Source of the DNA: Phoronis australis
Lineage: Eukaryota > Animalia > Phoronida
DNA: 64,000 bases
NCBI GenBank assembly: GCA_002633005.1
Contig: NMRA01000230.1
Span: 385,271-449,270, forward strand
Reading direction: 5' to 3'
The position numbers and the translations under genes are program-made. Of the stretch, positions 38,583-51,797 are shown piece by piece. Every line of letters starts with the position of its first letter. Position 1 is the first letter of the stretch. The notes under the pieces are model-generated. The model saw nothing but the letters and a program-made list of their open reading frames with translations. It searched no databases and was not told the DNA's origin.

Positions 38583-40950
38583 CTGAAAAAACATAGTTGT
38601 AAATCAATAAATGTTAAAACGTTGGCTACTTGATTGAGGGAACAAGAAAACCCGTTATGATAATTTATGTAAAAAGGTGGGTAGCATCTGCTTTCAGAGA
38701 GAAAAACAAGTAAAATGGTATGTCCATGAATTTGTTCGTAGTCACGATTAAATAACATGACTATGGTATATCAAAACGGTTTCCACTTTTGTTGATTATA
38801 GAAAAAGACACAATTGAATAATGTTAAAATGGCAGGTTCTGTCAGGAGAGCTCATTAAGCAGGCAGCATGCATTCTTCGGCGATAATTTGAAACTTTACG
38901 CTTTGATATTCTGCTGAATAGAATCAGCTGTCAAAACGCCATCAAATTTTTGAATAAGACACTACATAGTTTTACCTAAATTTACTCCTAAAAGATATGT
39001 GAAATCAATACCTATGTGACTATACTTGGAATTTTTTTTTCAAATATAAGCCCACATAGGTTTACCTCTCGAGTCACAATTAATAATTTCTGCAGTTTGC
39101 TGGTTTCCACAACACAGGCGGACTTAGCCTCCCTCCCCCCCTCTTAGGTGCCGGAAAAAATAAATCAGACAGAGCGTGAGGAAATATTGAGCTCATTATC
39201 AAACTCCGGTAATTAACATGAGGCTAAAATAAGTTTGAACAGTGTGTGCAATTTCAGTTTGTGTGTGCAATTTCAGTTTGTGTGTGCGTGTGTGCGTATG
39301 CGTGTGGGGGGCTCAGACCCGATAGCAAGTGTCCCACTGCCGTTGCATCGGTTTCCCGTTTTTTTAGTCGTGAACATTCCTATATTTTAGGCTGGGTGCG
39401 CCCGCGCAATCGTGCTTTGGGCGTTTCCCCGAGACAAAATGTTGGCCCCCCCTTAGATATCCTAGATCCACCACTGGACAAGGCTTCATAAAAACAGAGC
39501 TTAGGTTTATTCATTGTTCCAGTACATTTTTACTTAGATATAAAGTAAATTTAGATAACGGCACAAATGTCACCATAATGTACAATCATTTCATGTCGAT
39601 GTCGTAGGGTCATTACACATTTGCAAGCCCACTATTTTCGAAAGTGCGCCCACACTTATATTTGATGTGATAGCTTATTTCTTGTGAAAAGTGATTTGAG
39701 ACTTAATCAAAAAAACTGACTCCTGCTCACAATTATTGAATAAAGTTGCTGTCATCATAGGTCGTAGACAACAGATTCAGAGCTCCATTGTTTTTAATGA
39801 AATTCCCAGAAGAGGCGGCACTCTCTTCCAGTGCACAACCTGTTATTGAGACTTCGCATTTAACAGAAGCAAAATGTACATCACACCAGGCGCCGCTAGT
39901 GAATAGTGACGTAGCAGCCAATGGCGTTGTTCGCCGCTTGCGCGCAGGATCACAGATCCTATGCAATGAGAATATACAGAGTTGGCGATCCATTGCTACA
40001 GTCTATGCAGCCAGGTATTTGTTAACTCACTGCAACTTAGAAAAAAATCTATACAAATTATCTGAGCAGTGAGTCATGATGGGTGTATTTTCAAAGACCT
40101 GACATCTTGGTTGTGCTGAGATGAACTGATTTTTTTGGAAATATTTGTGTCAGTGGAGCGTAAGACGAAATTTATCAACTAATGTTTAAAGCGGAATATT
40201 TGCGTGTTTTGGATTAAGTTGGATGAGATAGACTTCTTGAAATTATTACCTTTGACCAGAGCTACGAAATAGAAAGTCGTGTTTCGCGATTTTATTGCTA
40301 TTCTCCAATTTTCGCCGTTGTCAGTTAGCCATTCGCTAAAATCGACGCAGGCTTAAAACACTCTGAAATTTTGTCTTAAGCTCCAGTCGTGCTCCTTTGA
40401 ATTAAGGTTTTTGTCACAGAAATGCTAGCTCTTCATATTTTCGTGTAAAATATGCAACAAGTATCTCATTCACTACATTTACTGCTCAGTTACCATTTTA
40501 ATCCTTGATTAATTGAATTTATTTGAGAAAACTAATAAATGTCAAATTCCCGGAAATTAAAGGACTGTTAGGCTTTAAATTATAGAGTAGCGTTTAGTCC
40601 CACCAGCAAAGCTATGAACTGTGTCTTCTAAGTTTGCGACATGGCTGATATCAGAAAGCCATTTTCTCGCCGCCTTGTATCTTTACAAGTCACTCTTCAT
40701 TAAACTGGTCCCTGGGATTCAGGAATGCATAATTAAATCGACAACCTTACGTAGACAGATTGTCAAACATGATATAATTGGCAGGTCAGCCAAATTAATA
40801 ATCACTCTAAAAATTGTCGACTGTTAACAGTTTCCGTTAAAAATCTTTAAATTTTAGATTAAAATCCTAAATACGATTGCATTGTCGAACAATACGCTAG
40901 GAAGGATGTCAATAATTTCATAACTATTTTTATCAATAATGATCACTTAC

Positions 40951-40956
40951 CTTCAT
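40951..40956 (-). CDS. Peptide precursor exon 1 coding part (ATG AAG), proximal copy
   Basis: aaaATGAAG|gtaagtg: good Kozak context, consensus donor, phase 0 matching exon 2. Confidence 0.75.
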
Positions 40957-41036
40957 TTTAGCTTTTTGTTATTTCAGAAGTGAACAAAACAGTTCTTGGT
41001 TGCAAAGAGTTAGAGGAAAAATAGAAGTGTCTGCCA

Positions 41037-41044
41037 TTTAAATA
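41037..41044 (-). promoter_or_regulatory. TATA box (TATTTAAA) of the peptide gene, proximal
   Basis: ~80 bp upstream of the ATG, within a block strongly conserved between the two duplicates. Confidence 0.6.
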
Positions 41045-41799
41045 GTCTGTAATGACGGGAACGGACTAGTCTATGAGAGTGGGGAGGTTAGACAGGCATT
41101 AAGTGATCAACAAATCTTGAGCGACAGTCGATACGGTTAGTGTACATTCTTCCATGAAATACAGACGGGGGAACATAGCTGTGAGTTGTACTTTTAGACT
41201 TGCGATTTTTCAGTTCTAAACACAAAACGCTTGTTGCTCCCCGCCAGTGGCTCGGAACACGACCAGGCCCGTCGCGGCCGCCTAAACTGGACATCACGAA
41301 CATAAACCAGCTTAAGTTGGAAACTAAATCTCCTCTCACGAAAAGACAATAACAGTGAGCCAAAGAAATAGCGTGCTCGTAATTATTTAGGTGGATTAGA
41401 AACAAAACTGAAAATTTACGTACTTGTCGGCGCCGGGAAGTCAGGTTCCCCTTCCACAGAACCGTAAGGGCAAAGGTTGTACAGTAACAATGATTTGAAT
41501 AATGTATTTGTATATGTAAATAAATATTCCCCTAACAGGTGATCATAGCATATAAAATCGAGGTATTGTTTCACAACAGCTTTCTGTCAGCAAACCGACT
41601 TAATTAGCATGCGCTCACACGACCTCGGTGCATCTAAAGCCGGCAACACAGTGGTTTATTCATTGCTGGCTTCTCAAAACATTTGCACTCACGAATACTG
41701 CAAAGGCATTACAAATTGTATCTAATGGGACAGACTTGGTTTCAGTATTATATAATTATTGGTGAGGGTGAGAATAATTCATTTTGAAACAGAACAGAG

Positions 41800-42395
41800 A
41801 ATAATAAACGTCAACACGGCAACTCCCCTGGCGCCAACACCGACTTAGTCGAGAGCTCATCCGACGAAGACTTCACGGGTCGGATCGTTAGGTTTCACAT
41901 GCTATCAGTTCTAACCCGAATACGCTGATCAAGAAATACTACAAAGGCGCCGTGAACATGCAGAGGCAACGGAACGTACGGATAGTTCTTTGGTAAGCCC
42001 GAATTCGTCAGAGAAATCACTGTTGGGCGACGAAATGCCGGTCACAGACACGGAGATGTTTCAGGGCCTCATACTTGCTATTGAACAGCGTACTTTTCAT
42101 TCTTCACTGCCGCAAGCCACTTCCTGAGCATTTCGGACTCTCGAGGAAGTCGAAAAAATGATATACCCGCTTTCCTCGCAGCTGCATAGTTCGCACAAGC
42201 GGGAACGATGCACCGCAGTATAGCGGCATTCTCTCTGCAGATGAACCACTGACGTCGCTGCGTCGTTTCTCACCCGTCCTCACAAGTTAACGCGACGCCT
42301 CTCGGGTAGGTGAGGTCGACCGTTTAAGAGGCGATGTGGATATAAACCGATAAAGACGGAGAAAAGACTAATTAAATCGGGTGACATTCTCCTTT
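41800..42395 (-). mobile_element. Degenerate Kolobok-like DNA transposon fragment with THAP domain; related copy at ~60432-60780 (+)
   Basis: End TTAA|aggagaatgtcacccg. Minus frame reads RCIVPACAN...ISFFRLPRESEMLRKWLAAV...LRVCDRHF (THAP C2CH) with a frameshift. Plus strand reads SSSDED...YQF*PEY. Confidence 0.7.
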
Positions 42396-43585
42396 AAGAC
42401 TTGATCAAAAAGTTTAACTCCACACAATTACTGAATGAAGTTTGCGATTTTTTCAAAGAAATTTTCCAGAGGAGGCAGCACTCTCTTCCACTGCAAACCG
42501 GTTAGTGAGACGACGTACTTACTAGAAGCAAAATGTACATCACACCAGGCGCCGCTAGTGAATAGCGACGTCGCAGCTAAAAGCGTTATTCGCGGTTTGG
42601 GTGCAAGATTACAGATCCTGTGCTATGAGAGTTGGCGGTCCATTGCTACCGTATATACTGCCACGTATTTGTTAGCTCACCACAGTTTAGAAAAAACACA
42701 TGCAAATTATCTGAGCAATGTGCCATAGGGTGTATTTTTAAAGACCTTACACCTTTGCTGTGGTGAGATACAATTATTTTCTTGGAAATAATTGTGCCAG
42801 TGGGGCGTAAGACGAAATTTATTACCGTATGTTTAAGGGGACATAATTGGTTTTGCAGCCGAAAGTCACGTGTTGTGTTTATGATGATGTTGGGTGAGAT
42901 AAGACTTCTTGAAGTGATTACCTTTGACCAGAGCTACGATATAAAAAAGTAGCGTTTTGGGATTTCATTGCTAATTTCCAATTATTGCCGTTGTCCGACA
43001 GCCATTCGCAGAAATCGACGCAGGCTTAAAGTGCTCGGAAATTTTTTCTTGAGCTCCAGTCGCGCCGCTCTGAATCAAAGTTTTCTTGCCACACAAATGC
43101 TACCCCTTCACAGTTTCGCCTAAAATATACAAGTATCTGGTTTGCTATCTTTATTGTTCAGTTATCATTTTAATCCAAAAAATCGCAAATTCCTGTTAGG
43201 CTTTAAATTATAGAGTGATATTTAGTCCCGCCAGCAAAGGTTTGAACTGTGTCTTACAAGTTTACGTTATGGCTGATATCAGAAAGCCATTTTTCTCGAA
43301 GATAATGTCTCTTTATAAGCCACTCTTCATGAAACTGGTCCCTGGGATTGAGGAATGCATAATTAAATTGACAACTTCACGTTGACAGATTGTCAAACTT
43401 TAAATCTTTGCTAGGTCAGTCAAATTAACAATCACATTCAAAATTGTAGGCCGTTAATAGTTTCCTTTATATATCTTAAAATTTGAGATTAACGTCGTAA
43501 ACACGATTACACTGTCGAACAATACGCTAGGAAGGATGTCAAGAATTAAATAATGATTTCGTATTTATTTATAATGGTCACTTAC

Positions 43586-43591
43586 CTTCAT
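43586..43591 (-). CDS. Duplicated peptide-precursor exon 1 (ATG AAG), distal copy; TATA at 43672-43679
   Basis: Identical ATGAAG|gtaagtg and TATTTAAA; no second exon 2 is found between the copies. Confidence 0.55.
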
Positions 43592-46500
43592 TTTAGCTCT
43601 TTATTATTTCAGAAGTGAACAAAACAGTTCTTGGTTCCAAAGAGTTAGAGGAAAAATAGAAGTGTCTGCCATTTAAATAGTCTGTAATGACGGGAACGGA
43701 CGAGTCTAAGAGAGTGGGGAGGTTAGACAGGCATTAAGTGATCAATAAATCTTGAGAGACACAATCATTACGGTTATTGTACAGTTATATCAAACGGGTA
43801 CGGAAAGTTGGTAATTAATTATATATTCAGAGAAGTTTGTGTCCATGTTTGCCCGCGTGCATTACAGTAACAGCGTATTTACATATAAATTCAAAACCAG
43901 AAAGTATTGCATTGTTTGAAAATTACTGACTGAATTTTCATTAACCCTCAATCTAAGACAACTTCGAGAGTGTTTTACTAGTTCAGGAATTGTAGGATGA
44001 CCCTTGGCGTACCTCAAAATCCAACGGCGGCCTTATGATTTGGTAATTGGTCCAATTATTTTGCACAACCAGTAGAATTAATAAGGAACATATTATTGCA
44101 ACATTAAACAAACATTTTAGGTTGTAAAAGTCACATTCCTTGTCCAATTTTCAAAATTCAAAAACCTATTCGCGTGCACTTCTCACGAACTATTCAAATA
44201 TGCTATTTATAAACTTTCAAAACGAAAATTGAAAAGCACTGTTGTTGCCCCCAATGTGTTTATAATATCAGCAGCCTGAGGCGATTTAACTGACCAAAGC
44301 AGCGAGGTGTCTTTAATCTGAACCGGTAAATTCTGTGGTGCGAAAACTGGTCGACTGGTTAGGATGTCAAAGTAAGATTCTTTAGATGACGTGGTAACCG
44401 TCGTGGAAAACTGGGCTGAGTTCCATAGACGTAAGAATATCGTGAACAAAGCTAGTGCGATGATGTGCTTTGTAATACACGGCGTTATCTCGCGAAGTTT
44501 TACGTGATTTTACGTTTTCGTGAACCAAGTGTTTGCTTCTGCGTAACACACAAAACTGAGTCGCTTTATTTCTTAACATGAATCCATGATTTCTTCTGGC
44601 AAGTAACAGTATCTTACCGACTACAATTGTGCATCAACTTAAAATCCACTGTCGCCTCAGCTGGCATCAGTAGGAATTGGTAAATGAATAAGGGATCCCG
44701 ACGCATTTCAACTGGCATCACGTGACTTTTTTCCTCATCACCACAATACTAAAACAACAGACCAATTGCGTAGTTTTGACCTAATAATCACATTAGTTGG
44801 CGTACTTAATATCCCTTAGGAAGTCGAACATGAAAATAATATGAGTATTATTATACTCAGTTTTCGTTCCAGTGGCTTTATCTTTTGTCGGGAATTGATT
44901 TTAAAATGTTCCACTTTTGCAAGAAGGGCTTTTAAAATTGGACTTTTTCTTAAAAATCGAAAGGCCTGTTTAACGAAAACAATACGATAGAAAATTGTAA
45001 CGTAACACAGACATGTCAATAAGGACCAGTCTTAACATAATCGAAAAACGTAATGAGACTGTTGTTGGTTGCGATAGACTTCTTGGTATAATTACCTTTT
45101 AGCATTTCAAATTCTTTTTGAATGGTATGGACTTGAAAGTAGGGAAAATTTTCCGACTTTCTACAAAGTTTTCGTTATTTCCAACGCACACGTCTAATTT
45201 TAATCACCAAAAGTAACGGCGGTTTCAAGATCACGGCTAATAAACATTCATTATGAACACAAACAGTGCCTTACCTCGAGTTCAACAAAGTCAAATATCT
45301 CATCAGTCAATCCCTTTTCCTCTCTTCATGACACAAATCGCATGAGCATGCGCAAAAGAGATGCTGCTGTGGAAGGACTACTTTTGGGATCAACAAGTAT
45401 TTGCCCATGGTTTTAGCAGAGTTCAAACTGAGGGCAATAGCATTCATTGTCAGAATTGTTACTATTTTTTGTGAGACTGGTCAGCGATTATTGTTAGATT
45501 GACACGCGATGAAAGATCGTGATGCCTGCCGATGAATAGCATGCAAAAAATCGGTCTGATTTCAAACTTAGAGCATTTTTACTCGGCTTAAACTTTAAAG
45601 TGCTTAAAATCAACATTTACCTTGTTCTGATAAGTGTTTACATTGTCAACATCGTTAAACCTTGACTTTAGTAGCGTGCATTGGGAGGGTGACTGGTTTG
45701 TAATTAAATTGAATAGTTTCTATTTTTATGTTTCATCTTTTTTATTTTTCCTATTACTTGGCTCCATGCATTTGAGTAGAGACGGACATCCTATAAAAAC
45801 CGCCCTGGGCATCACCAAACTGCACGCTACCGTAGTCAAAACCTTGAATTCAAGTTCCCAATAAAAGTAGGAGAACGGCGACTTGAATTGAAATTTTTTA
45901 GTTCCATGGTGATGAGTGTGACATGAGAATATGGTTGGCCAAATGGTTGAGCGTTACGCTCTGATATTAAGTGCTTAAGTTAACTCTTCTTACTTTAAAG
46001 TGGAACTTGCACGATACTTCCTTATCTCTGTGGTTTCTTGGTCAAATTAGTTAGAGACACAACATATAGTGACCTTGTGACTATGAAGCAAATGTTTTTA
46101 AGAACGAGATTTGTGTCGAAACTGATTCCCAGTAAGTCACTCAACCGTGTCCAGTAAGTATCGTGACGTAGTGTTGGTGAATAGCACTGCATGATGATGG
46201 CTATGGGAGCCCCCGAAGTACGTCATTAGTGCAAAGGTCACCCCATTTCCAGAATTTCTTGTTTTCACATCTACAAGTTGTCAATGAATACAACTGCACT
46301 TTGTTTAGCGGTGACGGTGTTCAAATAGCATTGTCGTTAAGTTCCTGCAGTACATTAGCACAGGTAGGAGCATTCAAGTACACCTTTAACGGAGTAATTA
46401 CTTCGCGCAGTAAAAGGTACTTTACGTCACAAATAATTACTTTACGCCATTATTTGTACAAACGTGCCATAACCACGCTTGTACGATGTTTCGCTGGTAA

Positions 46501-47699
46501 GTGAAAAAAGTCATAGTGTAGCCAAATACTATGTTCTCACAACTGTCATAAACACAACTCATCGTCATTCTTTAAGGACCGAGCTGCAATATCTGAAGAC
46601 TTTTCACACTAAACGGACAACTGAATGCTGAGTTTGGTTGTCCCGATTTTGCGTAATTGTATCGACCGATAAGTGGTCATAACTCGAGATCAGATAATTA
46701 ACATGTCGTCAGAAATTCTTTGCCGGTGTTCTAATTTTACACCTTATCGTTTTGCTGGGGTTGTTTATTTGTGCTATTGATATGATATTGGTGACATTTT
46801 AAAGCACTTAAACCACTTTTTTCGGGTTTTGAATTTTTGCCGCCCGAGCTAACAACTCAACTCTGAATAGTGAATGAGCCGTGCGCCATTTCAGTTCATT
46901 TTCAGCTCATAGTGTCAGGGTGGTACTACAACTCCAATAATCCGTGAAGCGTTTTCTTGTTTTTGTTGGAAACTAAAATCACGTTCCAGTAAGATGCGAG
47001 ACCTATCGCTACATATCTCCCTGTTTGGTTAGCAAAAATGAAAATGGAATTAAGCCTTTTATTCTTATAAAAACGTCGATCTCGTAACATTACTTACCTT
47101 GACAGGAAGTCGAATAAAAACACATTTGTGATTCGGTTGTATACATTTTTTCCTTGTTAGAAGTCGGCAAAAGTCAACAACTTCTACCGGACGCTTGTGA
47201 CCTCTGCAGACTCTGTACGTATATAGCAATCTTGCCTCAAACTTTGGAGGTTGACCCGACTAACAAAGACATATTTCATATTTCCAAGCATGATCAAAGA
47301 GCAGCCAATTTTGGCCAGTAGGCTACAATTGGTATAGCATCCTTTCAAAATTAAACATTTCAGTAAATTCAAAACATGAATGTCATTTCAAAGTGATAAA
47401 TAATTGTTATACTAGCGTGCGCAGTTTTCGTGTAAATGGTTTTTGTTGATACAGTTTGCAATCTAATGTCGTATAAATGCGACTAAAATGCAACAAGTCG
47501 CGTCGTGACAACTGACACCTTGACAACTGTTGCCCATGTAAAAACAGCTTAAGTTTGACGAAATTCCATACGCGTGCAGGCTGATTTTAACGAAAAAATG
47601 TTAACTGTTGTACGGAACTTTGCACGTGTTAAAAGGGAATCTGACCCGTGTCTAGATTAGGCGAGTTTTGCTGCATTTTTTGTCAATGCCAACTACCAT

Positions 47700-48450
47700 A
47701 ATCAAATCACCTCACTGAACTTCTTCATTGTAAAATTCTTTACGACCTGATCAAGGTTGCCAACTCTTTTTTCACCCAGTGAAGAACATCTTCATCAATT
47801 TCCAATGCTGGCGGTACGTTTTTTGCGAGAAGACTATTGACTGTTTCCATCCAAATGTAGTTGAGTTCTGCTTCAACTGTATATGAACTAACACATGACA
47901 CAAATAAGTCTTTACCCGCTACATAGGCAGCCTAAACTTCTTCTTTAACAGAACTTTGTCTACTCTCCGTTTCTCAAAACATGAGGTTTCCCGCTGTTGG
48001 GCGCTTTCCTCTTTAAACATATTCTTGAATGTCAGTTGTTGGAAATTCAAGAGCAAGTGGAACAGCTCAAATGAAATAGGACTGAGGTGTGCAAATCTCC
48101 TCTTTGGACAATTAACGCCCAGGCGAACGAGTTTTCCACCAGAAAACCTTTTGCGTGTTAACTGGTATGGAGAGGGACACCACCTCATGGCTGTTCTGCT
48201 TTACTATAGATATCCAGAATATCTTCATAGACCCTATTCACGCCGACATGAGGCGCGTTCCAAAACGAGGCTCGCTACGATAGTTCTGTTGGCTTATCGG
48301 CACAGGTGTATTCCGCGTTGCTCGAAATTTGCTCAACTGTCTGCTTTACAATCCCTGCACGTTGAGATTGGGAAGCTTTGGGTCGTTGCCACACGCCGCG
48401 ACGAAGGAAAATATGTCCGTGTAAAATTTATGAATGTTTGCGAAAAGCTA
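47700..48450 (-). pseudogene. Highly decayed ORF resembling uncharacterised DNA-transposon proteins (DQLTxxR motif family)
   Basis: QLTRKRFSGGK...RFAHLSPISFELFHLLLNF remnants with frameshifts; family assignment from memory only. Confidence 0.35.
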
Positions 48451-49699
48451 GATCATATTTTGTAGCATCTCGGTTGCCAAGAATTATAGCCACGACCGGA
48501 GAATCTTCGGCCAGCCAGGCTGTGTTTCCATGGCTACAGGTTGAAACATGATGCATTTTTTTTTCAACAAAGAACAGAGCCCTCAATCCTTCGATTTTGG
48601 GGTCGAATATTGGCCCTAATCCCCTCTCAAAAATATTGAAAAATCACTCGAAATCCCCCCGGAGGCCTAAAAATTCCCCTAGTGATTGAAAATTTGTCTC
48701 CGAAGTTCAAATCACACAGGTGGCAATTTGAAAGAGCACGAAATGCTACTTTAAATCGAGACAGAGCCTACGGGAGTTTTCAACCGGGCGGGGGTGCTAT
48801 TAGGGGTGATCGGGAGGTAGATTTTCCCCTTACTCGGCGAAAAAAAATCCCCTCTCAGAAGGCACAGGCACCTTTCCCCTATTGTCTAACGAAACTCCTG
48901 GAGAAATATGATAACTATGATAGCTAATTTTGGGTGATGAATCAAAAAAAATTGTATATCGGACTGGATTTTGCCGGCATAACCTTCAAAACCAAGATGG
49001 TCGCCATTGGCCACATTGAAATTGGCAAATCCCAATAAATGACTTTTAAATTGAGTATGATACATCAAACTATAAGTTTTTAGGTATGATAAAATCGATT
49101 CTGATACTATTTTTGTGATTAGAGGTCAAGGTCACGCGAAAAGGTCAAGGGCAAAGTCACATTATGCCGCACATATTCCAATGGAAGTACAGTAAATTCA
49201 GACTAGTTTTTGAGTGGTTCAGGCGTAATATTGTATGGCAAAATGAATATTGCTTACGTCATTGGAAGCTCTTTTTGAGCACTATTTTTGTGATTGGTTG
49301 ACAACATTATGCTCAAAGGTTGAATTTTGCTAATGTGTGATGACTTGAACACACAAAAATGTCAGTTGCAATGTGTTACCACCAAGCAAGTCACTTCTTT
49401 TCCAGTTTCATTTCTATTACAGCTACAGAAACATCGTTTGCTTCTATAACATGTTTCTCATAAAGATTATAGCAAGTCAAATATTTTCCGTAAAAAGTTT
49501 TCTTAGAACATAAAATAATAAAGAAAGCGTTACTAATGCGGTTCCTCATGGAGCGATCTTGCTTTCTGGTTGATAGTGGCACAGTCGAACTCCTCTTGAT
49601 TAATTACTGTTATTATGAGATTAATTACATTTAACAAAAGGCAACAACAAAAGCCTCGGGTGTTATAGTAACCAACAACTCAATCATTTCTCAATCACT

Positions 49700-51010
49700 G
49701 GATTTCTGACCATGCGTCTGAGAGTCCATGCACTTTCACGCATCAGGACACCGGAGTCCAACTTGTCGACAGCCACAGCGCACGCTGGAACAGCCCTTGG
49801 TACATCTACATGTTAGTTCTATGAAAGATTCTGGAATTGGTGGGAGCGTCATCAGCAAAGGTATTGTGTGCTCGTCTAAAAATACCCAACCAGAATGAGT
49901 AATGCCTGGGAGTTCCTGAGTACTCTTGTCTGTCTGTCAGCAAACAGCTGCCTGGTAGTTAGTTCGTTGTATGTGCCACTGAACAGCGTCAGACGACGGC
50001 GACAAAGACTCATGGGAGTCTTCTTTGTCAACTAACGCCACAACCGCTTTTATCGCAGACAGCTTCATTGCGCACACTATAAATATATCACACAAACTCT
50101 TCAGCTTTAGATGCCTCCTGTGGTGTAAGGAGTTTCCTCCCAAACTCTTCTAAGAGCGTATGGTGTTCCATAAACGCTTTCCAGGTGGTCTTTTTTCCAT
50201 GTCCGTGAAATTGGGAATCCGTGTCACAACCTGTTATTGCATGAAACGCTGGTAGGCGTGCAACCATGGAACTGGACATTTTATGGTAAATCTCATGAAC
50301 TGGTATAAACGCTGGTTTCTTCGTAGTGCTTAATTTCATCCAAAGCTACGAAAACTTCATTTTCTCAAAGTGGTGCAACAGGAGAACACGCACGACCTGC
50401 TACACAGCTTCCTCATGGTTTGCCTGTAATGCTCTAAATGTCGCATTATGGATCAATTGACAACTCTTTCCTTTCGTTGCAACATCCCCATCTAACAGTT
50501 ATAGTTTTTCCAGGAGGACACTCTTGAACAACTTGTTGAGACAAGACGTCTTGCAGGTCATGTTAGTTTTCTGCCAGCTCGATGAATCTCTGCCAGTTTT
50601 CTGGAAGCGGAACAGACAAGTCATTCACTTGACTTCTGATCAAATGAATAAGTTTGTTTCTCTTTTTACCTACTCCATCTTTAATTGAGTGTTGTCGATA
50701 TTGATCAAATGCTATATCTATTTGTCCGAAACCGACTTTCATAGCCAGAATGGTCTTCACAAACGACTTTACATAGTCTCCAAATGTCATGGCTTCATTC
50801 TGCTTCTCCGTGGATCTAACAAGAGCTTGTCCATCGATGACTAGTGCTGCTGCTCCTCTCGTTTTCTTACACTGCGTAAATGTAGAAATTGACATTGTAC
50901 TCGTTCCTACGCGTGACACAGAAGTGCCGGTTCTCTTGGTGCACCACTTTGTGAAAATGAAATGTTCAGAGCTTTGGATGAAATCATGCACTACGAAGAA
51001 ATAAGCGTAC
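49700..51010 (-). mobile_element. Decayed Academ-like DNA transposon ORF (XPG/H2TH-like segment and Cys-rich C-terminus)
   Basis: ALVIDGQALV, IDIAFDQY, NHEEA, LPAFHAITGCDTDSQFHGHGKKTTWK, then TCRCTKGCSSVRCGCRQVGLRC; many stops and frameshifts. An inverted partial copy lies at ~51010-51240. Confidence 0.7.
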
Positions 51011-51797
51011 ATACCAGTTCATGAGATTTACCACAAAATGTCCAGTTCCACGGTTGCAAGCCAATCAGCGTTCCATGCAACAGCAGGTTGCGACACACCA
51101 GCTTCACGTACATGCTCTCTTAGAAGACCTCGGGAGGAAAATCCTTACACCAAAAGAGGCATCTCAAGCTGAAGTGTGTGTTTGCCATGTTTATGGTGTG
51201 CGCAGCCAAGGTGTCTGTGATAAAGCTCGTGTGGCCAATCACCGGTCGTTGTCAATATCTCAGTTTTTTTGACAAAAACTAAGAATGTGCTTTTGTTTAG
51301 CGCGCCACTCGGACAAATTTGAATTTGATTTAAATGTTAGAAACGGGTATCTGCTGCGTTGTTTTTATTAAAGTGCCCTTTTAAGTTCTTTCGTCAATGT
51401 GATGCGTCATGAGCATAAGATTATACACGATGTATTCTGGTACGTTATAAATGCAACCAGGAGCAAAAACGTTGACGACCAGGGTGGCGGCAGCACATGC
51501 CCACCTCATATACACTAGCTGGTGCGAGAACATCGAGTCGCGCAGCACCCAACCAAAGTAGATTCGCCCAGAGATAGATGCGCGTCTATAAGGACAATGG
51601 TCTAAATGAGAATTCTTTATTTCTTATAGTTCAACTATTTTGGAGTATTGAAGTGCGAGTTTGGTGAACCTGTTTCAAGCATGAATTTAAAACTAAGAGT
51701 CGTAAACATAACGTTTTAGGCAAGCCTTCATGAAAAAGACAATCTTGAGTCGTTGGACATGCGCCTAATTGGGTAAAAGTACTTCAAATTTGCTTGT

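Larger units (their letters stand above)
39700..41140. repeat. ~1.4-kb tandem segmental duplication, copy A (intron part, exon 1 and promoter of the peptide gene); copy B at ~42395-43775
   Basis: Collinear similarity throughout, e.g. agaagcaaaatgtacatcacaccaggcgccgctagtgaatag at ~39865 and ~42523. Confidence 0.9.

Noticed and set aside
47956-48465. 169-aa plus-strand ORF
   Set aside because: No recognisable motifs; antisense to a decayed transposon-like ORF.
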